From the IMG/VR virus record IMGVR_UViG_3300025659_000005: a DNA stretch of 20,000 nucleotides; one strand, written 5' to 3'. A model generated the notes under the pieces. It had not been told where the DNA came from. It saw nothing but the letters and a program-made list of their open reading frames with translations, and searched no databases. Below are positions 17,956 through 20,000 of the stretch, one piece after another. A program made the translations under genes and the position numbers. The first letter of the stretch is position 1, and each line of letters begins with the position of its first letter. This DNA comes from an uncultured virus (IMG/VR IMGVR_UViG_3300025659_000005) (lineage: Duplodnaviria; Heunggongvirae; Uroviricota; Caudoviricetes).

Positions 17956-18088
17956 AGCTTCCGTTTCGAGTCATACGTGGAAGCTAACATCTAAACGTAT
18001 ATAAAGGAAGGGCGAAATAGCATTGAAATCCCCAGACTCTGAACCCGTTACATTGTGTCTGTACACATGTATCTACACGGTGAACTGG
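17956..18088 (-). ncRNA. Candidate structured RNA (long interrupted hairpin plus H-type pseudoknot/terminator)
   Basis: Locally GC-richer non-coding gap with complementary segments 17956-17962/17979-17985, 17973-17978/17995-18000 and a hairpin at 18045-18080. Confidence 0.45.
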
Positions 18089-18097
18089 TAGAAATAA

Positions 18098-18256
18098 TTA
18101 AATCTCTTCAATATTAATAACATCAGTTGTGAGTTTATCAAGCGAATCTTCATCTTGTTCATGTATTGCTCTACACAATAAATCCTCTAAATTAAGATGA
18201 TTTTTAAATATCTTAAATCTTATAGTTCGAATTTCTTCATCTTTTTCAAGTCTCAT
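18098..18256 (-). CDS. Small hypothetical protein (52 aa, MRLEKDEEIRTIRF...), not in the ORF track
   Basis: Manually translated; overlaps the upstream stop region; GGGGA upstream. Confidence 0.55.
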   Translation of the reverse strand: MRLEKDEEIRTIRFKIFKNHLNLEDLLCRAIHEQDEDSLDKLTTDVINIEEI

Positions 18257-18728
18257 CAAGTTCCCCAAGATCTTCCTTTGGAGTTTTGTATATTTTTATA
18301 CCTACAACATCTAATAATGTAAATATATCTTCTTTTGGATAATCATGAGTATATAAAAAACTCACCCAATCAGTTTTGTATGGTGAATTGTCTCCATCAC
18401 AAATTTCTTCACCAGTATCAGTATTTTCAAAGTCAAAATTTTTTATTTTGTCAATTTCAAAAACATAATTTTGACAAGAACGAACTATTAACCATTTTGA
18501 TGATCCTTCTTTTTCAAGAATATTAAAACAAGCTTTATGTAATATTTTATATCCAACAGAAGGTGCTGTAAAATAATTGATTAATATTTCAACAATGTAT
18601 TGTTCGATTGTACCGTCTCGTGAATATGAATTATACAATTCCTCAGTTAATCCATCTATTTCTTTATTACCTGTTGGTGTACAATATTCTTTATATCTTT
18701 TTGGATTGTGTACTTTTAAATTTAACAT
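18246..18728 (-). CDS. Hypothetical protein
   Basis: 160 aa, TGATG coupling to the upstream gene, GGAGG SD. Confidence 0.7.
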   Translation of the reverse strand: MLNLKVHNPKRYKEYCTPTGNKEIDGLTEELYNSYSRDGTIEQYIVEILINYFTAPSVGYKILHKACFNILEKEGSSKWLIVRSCQNYVFEIDKIKNFDFENTDTGEEICDGDNSPYKTDWVSFLYTHDYPKEDIFTLLDVVGIKIYKTPKEDLGELDET

Positions 18729-19513
18729 CAGATTAACAAATTGCCTCCAGTTGTTACTTCAAGATTCTCAAATACATTTACTTTAACCATTCCAGTATCA
18801 CATTCGGTATAGCTAAAATGATTACCATTCGCAAGTTTTCCAATTTGAATTGTGTAACTCTCAGCATTAACACCTAGAAAAATACCAGTTCTTAATGTAA
18901 GATCTGCATTTGTTTCATCTAGAGTTTTAGCATCTGTATCTTTAAGATAGTCACTAAACAAATAAATAGCAGTTTCTGGAATATGAATACCTTTTAGTAA
19001 ATCATTTTGTACTAAGTACTCTACGAAATTAACATCAGAACTTAATCCAACCAACTGTTTAGATACTTCTTTATCAATTTTAATTTCAAAAAGACCTACA
19101 GATCCTTCAAAATCTGGCATTAAACCATCTTCTTCGTTAGTTACAACTGCTTGTTTCGGTAGAAATAATTTAATTTCATCATTAGTGATAATATACCGAT
19201 TGTTACCATTATCTTCAATAAAATTAATATCTACATTATTCTTGAATTGTTTAAATAACTTAATATATTTCTTTGGTTGAACAATCTCTAGACTTACTTC
19301 TTTTTCAAAAAGAGGAGTAATATCAGCCGTAATAATCGCTGGACCAAACTTTTGGATAATATTACTATTTTGTATTTTAATAGATTCCGCAGATTTCTCA
19401 AAGAGAGATAACGTCTTACTAAAAATATCAAACTTCGCCGGTGATAAAGTCAATAAAAGATTTTCACCAACAGATGGTGTGTTTTCTACATTATTAAATG
19501 GATTGAATTCCAT
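18728..19513 (-). CDS. Hypothetical protein, possible DNA polymerase sliding clamp (gp45/PCNA-like)
   Basis: 261 aa, acidic, with apparent helix/beta-strand alternation resembling clamps; no diagnostic motif, so the product is inferred. Confidence 0.4.
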   Translation of the reverse strand: MEFNPFNNVENTPSVGENLLLTLSPAKFDIFSKTLSLFEKSAESIKIQNSNIIQKFGPAIITADITPLFEKEVSLEIVQPKKYIKLFKQFKNNVDINFIEDNGNNRYIITNDEIKLFLPKQAVVTNEEDGLMPDFEGSVGLFEIKIDKEVSKQLVGLSSDVNFVEYLVQNDLLKGIHIPETAIYLFSDYLKDTDAKTLDETNADLTLRTGIFLGVNAESYTIQIGKLANGNHFSYTECDTGMVKVNVFENLEVTTGGNLLI

Positions 19514-19573
19514 TGACCCTCTGCCTCCATAATTAATTAACTATTGATTAAAGTTGTTAGATATTAGTTTGAA

Positions 19574-19837
19574 TTAAAAATTTATAGTAAAATCATTACC
19601 TTTATTCACCATAGAATAAGTCAATCCACGATTATGTGATTGGGGATTTAAATTTTTACTTTCTAGATATGATACCATACTACTCGATAGATTTTTCATA
19701 AAGTCTTTTTCGAATGTTTTTTCATCAGATACTTTTACAAAGAATACTCCTCCCATAAAACTACTATTTAATACACCTATTGAATCTAAATTCTTTTGAA
19801 TGATCTCTTTCTTTTGTTCGGGTTCTAAATTTCTCAT
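19574..19837 (-). CDS. Hypothetical protein
   Basis: 87 aa, GGAGG SD, first gene after motif copy 4. Confidence 0.7.
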   Translation of the reverse strand: MRNLEPEQKKEIIQKNLDSIGVLNSSFMGGVFFVKVSDEKTFEKDFMKNLSSSMVSYLESKNLNPQSHNRGLTYSMVNKGNDFTINF

Positions 19838-19898
19838 GCGTTGTTGCCTCCATAATACTTTTAAATTTTAGTTCAAAAAGAAAATTAAATAATGATTA

Positions 19899-19912
19899 TA
19901 TTATTTCTATAT
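19899..19912 (-). promoter_or_regulatory. Conserved 14-bp motif, copy 4
   Basis: tattatttctatat, 61 nt from ATG 19837. Confidence 0.7.
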
Positions 19913-19939
19913 TAAAAATGAGATTATAAAATAAATTAA

Positions 19940-19978
19940 CTCACCCTCCGAAACCGCCAATCGGAATCTTTGAGTGAG
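19940..19978 (-). terminator. Interrupted terminator-like hairpin
   Basis: Outer stem CUCACUC/GGGUGAG and inner stem UCCGA/UCGGA on the minus strand, followed by UUAAUUUAUUUU. Confidence 0.5.
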
Positions 19979-20000
19979 CCAATTTTATTAAGGCCGGCTA

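Noticed and set aside
17956..18088. tRNA or hammerhead ribozyme in the GC-richer gap
   Set aside because: No cloverleaf with acceptor stem, and the CUGAUGA hammerhead core is absent despite a GAAAC segment
18089..18098. Partial inverted copy (TAGAAATAAT on + strand) of the 14-bp motif
   Set aside because: Only 10 AT-rich bases match, the orientation is opposite and it lacks the cassette context; plausibly chance
2688..18786. All + strand ORFs in the track (e.g. 2688-2972, 3753-3980, 6239-6448, 14326-14541, 17009-17275)
   Set aside because: They lie antisense to better-supported minus-strand genes, are short and show no recognisable motifs; treated as shadow ORFs
1..20000. Stop-codon reassignment (alternative genetic code)
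   Set aside because: Conserved genes are full length in the standard code, and TAA, TAG and TGA all end genes at sensible junctions

Overview
AT-rich, densely packed window with every credible gene on the minus strand, GGAG/AGGAG Shine-Dalgarno sites and many short hypothetical ORFs. The gene content points to a large dsDNA virus, probably a large or jumbo phage; the host cannot be determined from this window. Recognisable genes: a GyrA/T4-gp52-like type IIA topoisomerase subunit, a Zn-finger/TOPRIM primase, queC and queD (preQ0 pathway), a small ABC-type ATPase and a possible sliding clamp. The most striking element is a promoter-to-terminator bounded unit (about 353-5208). It encodes an SF2 helicase with 8 tandem ~57-aa repeats (near-invariant scaffold, hypervariable segment), a SAM-methyltransferase-like protein, an SPL-like radical SAM enzyme and a small acidic protein, and is a candidate modular DNA-recognition/modification system. 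Also seen: a terminator + 14-bp motif cassette in four copies, a predicted H-type pseudoknot/terminator upstream of the gene run ending in queC-queD, several small genes missed by the ORF track (including two probable paralog pairs), and one gene with apparent homopolymer frameshifts.
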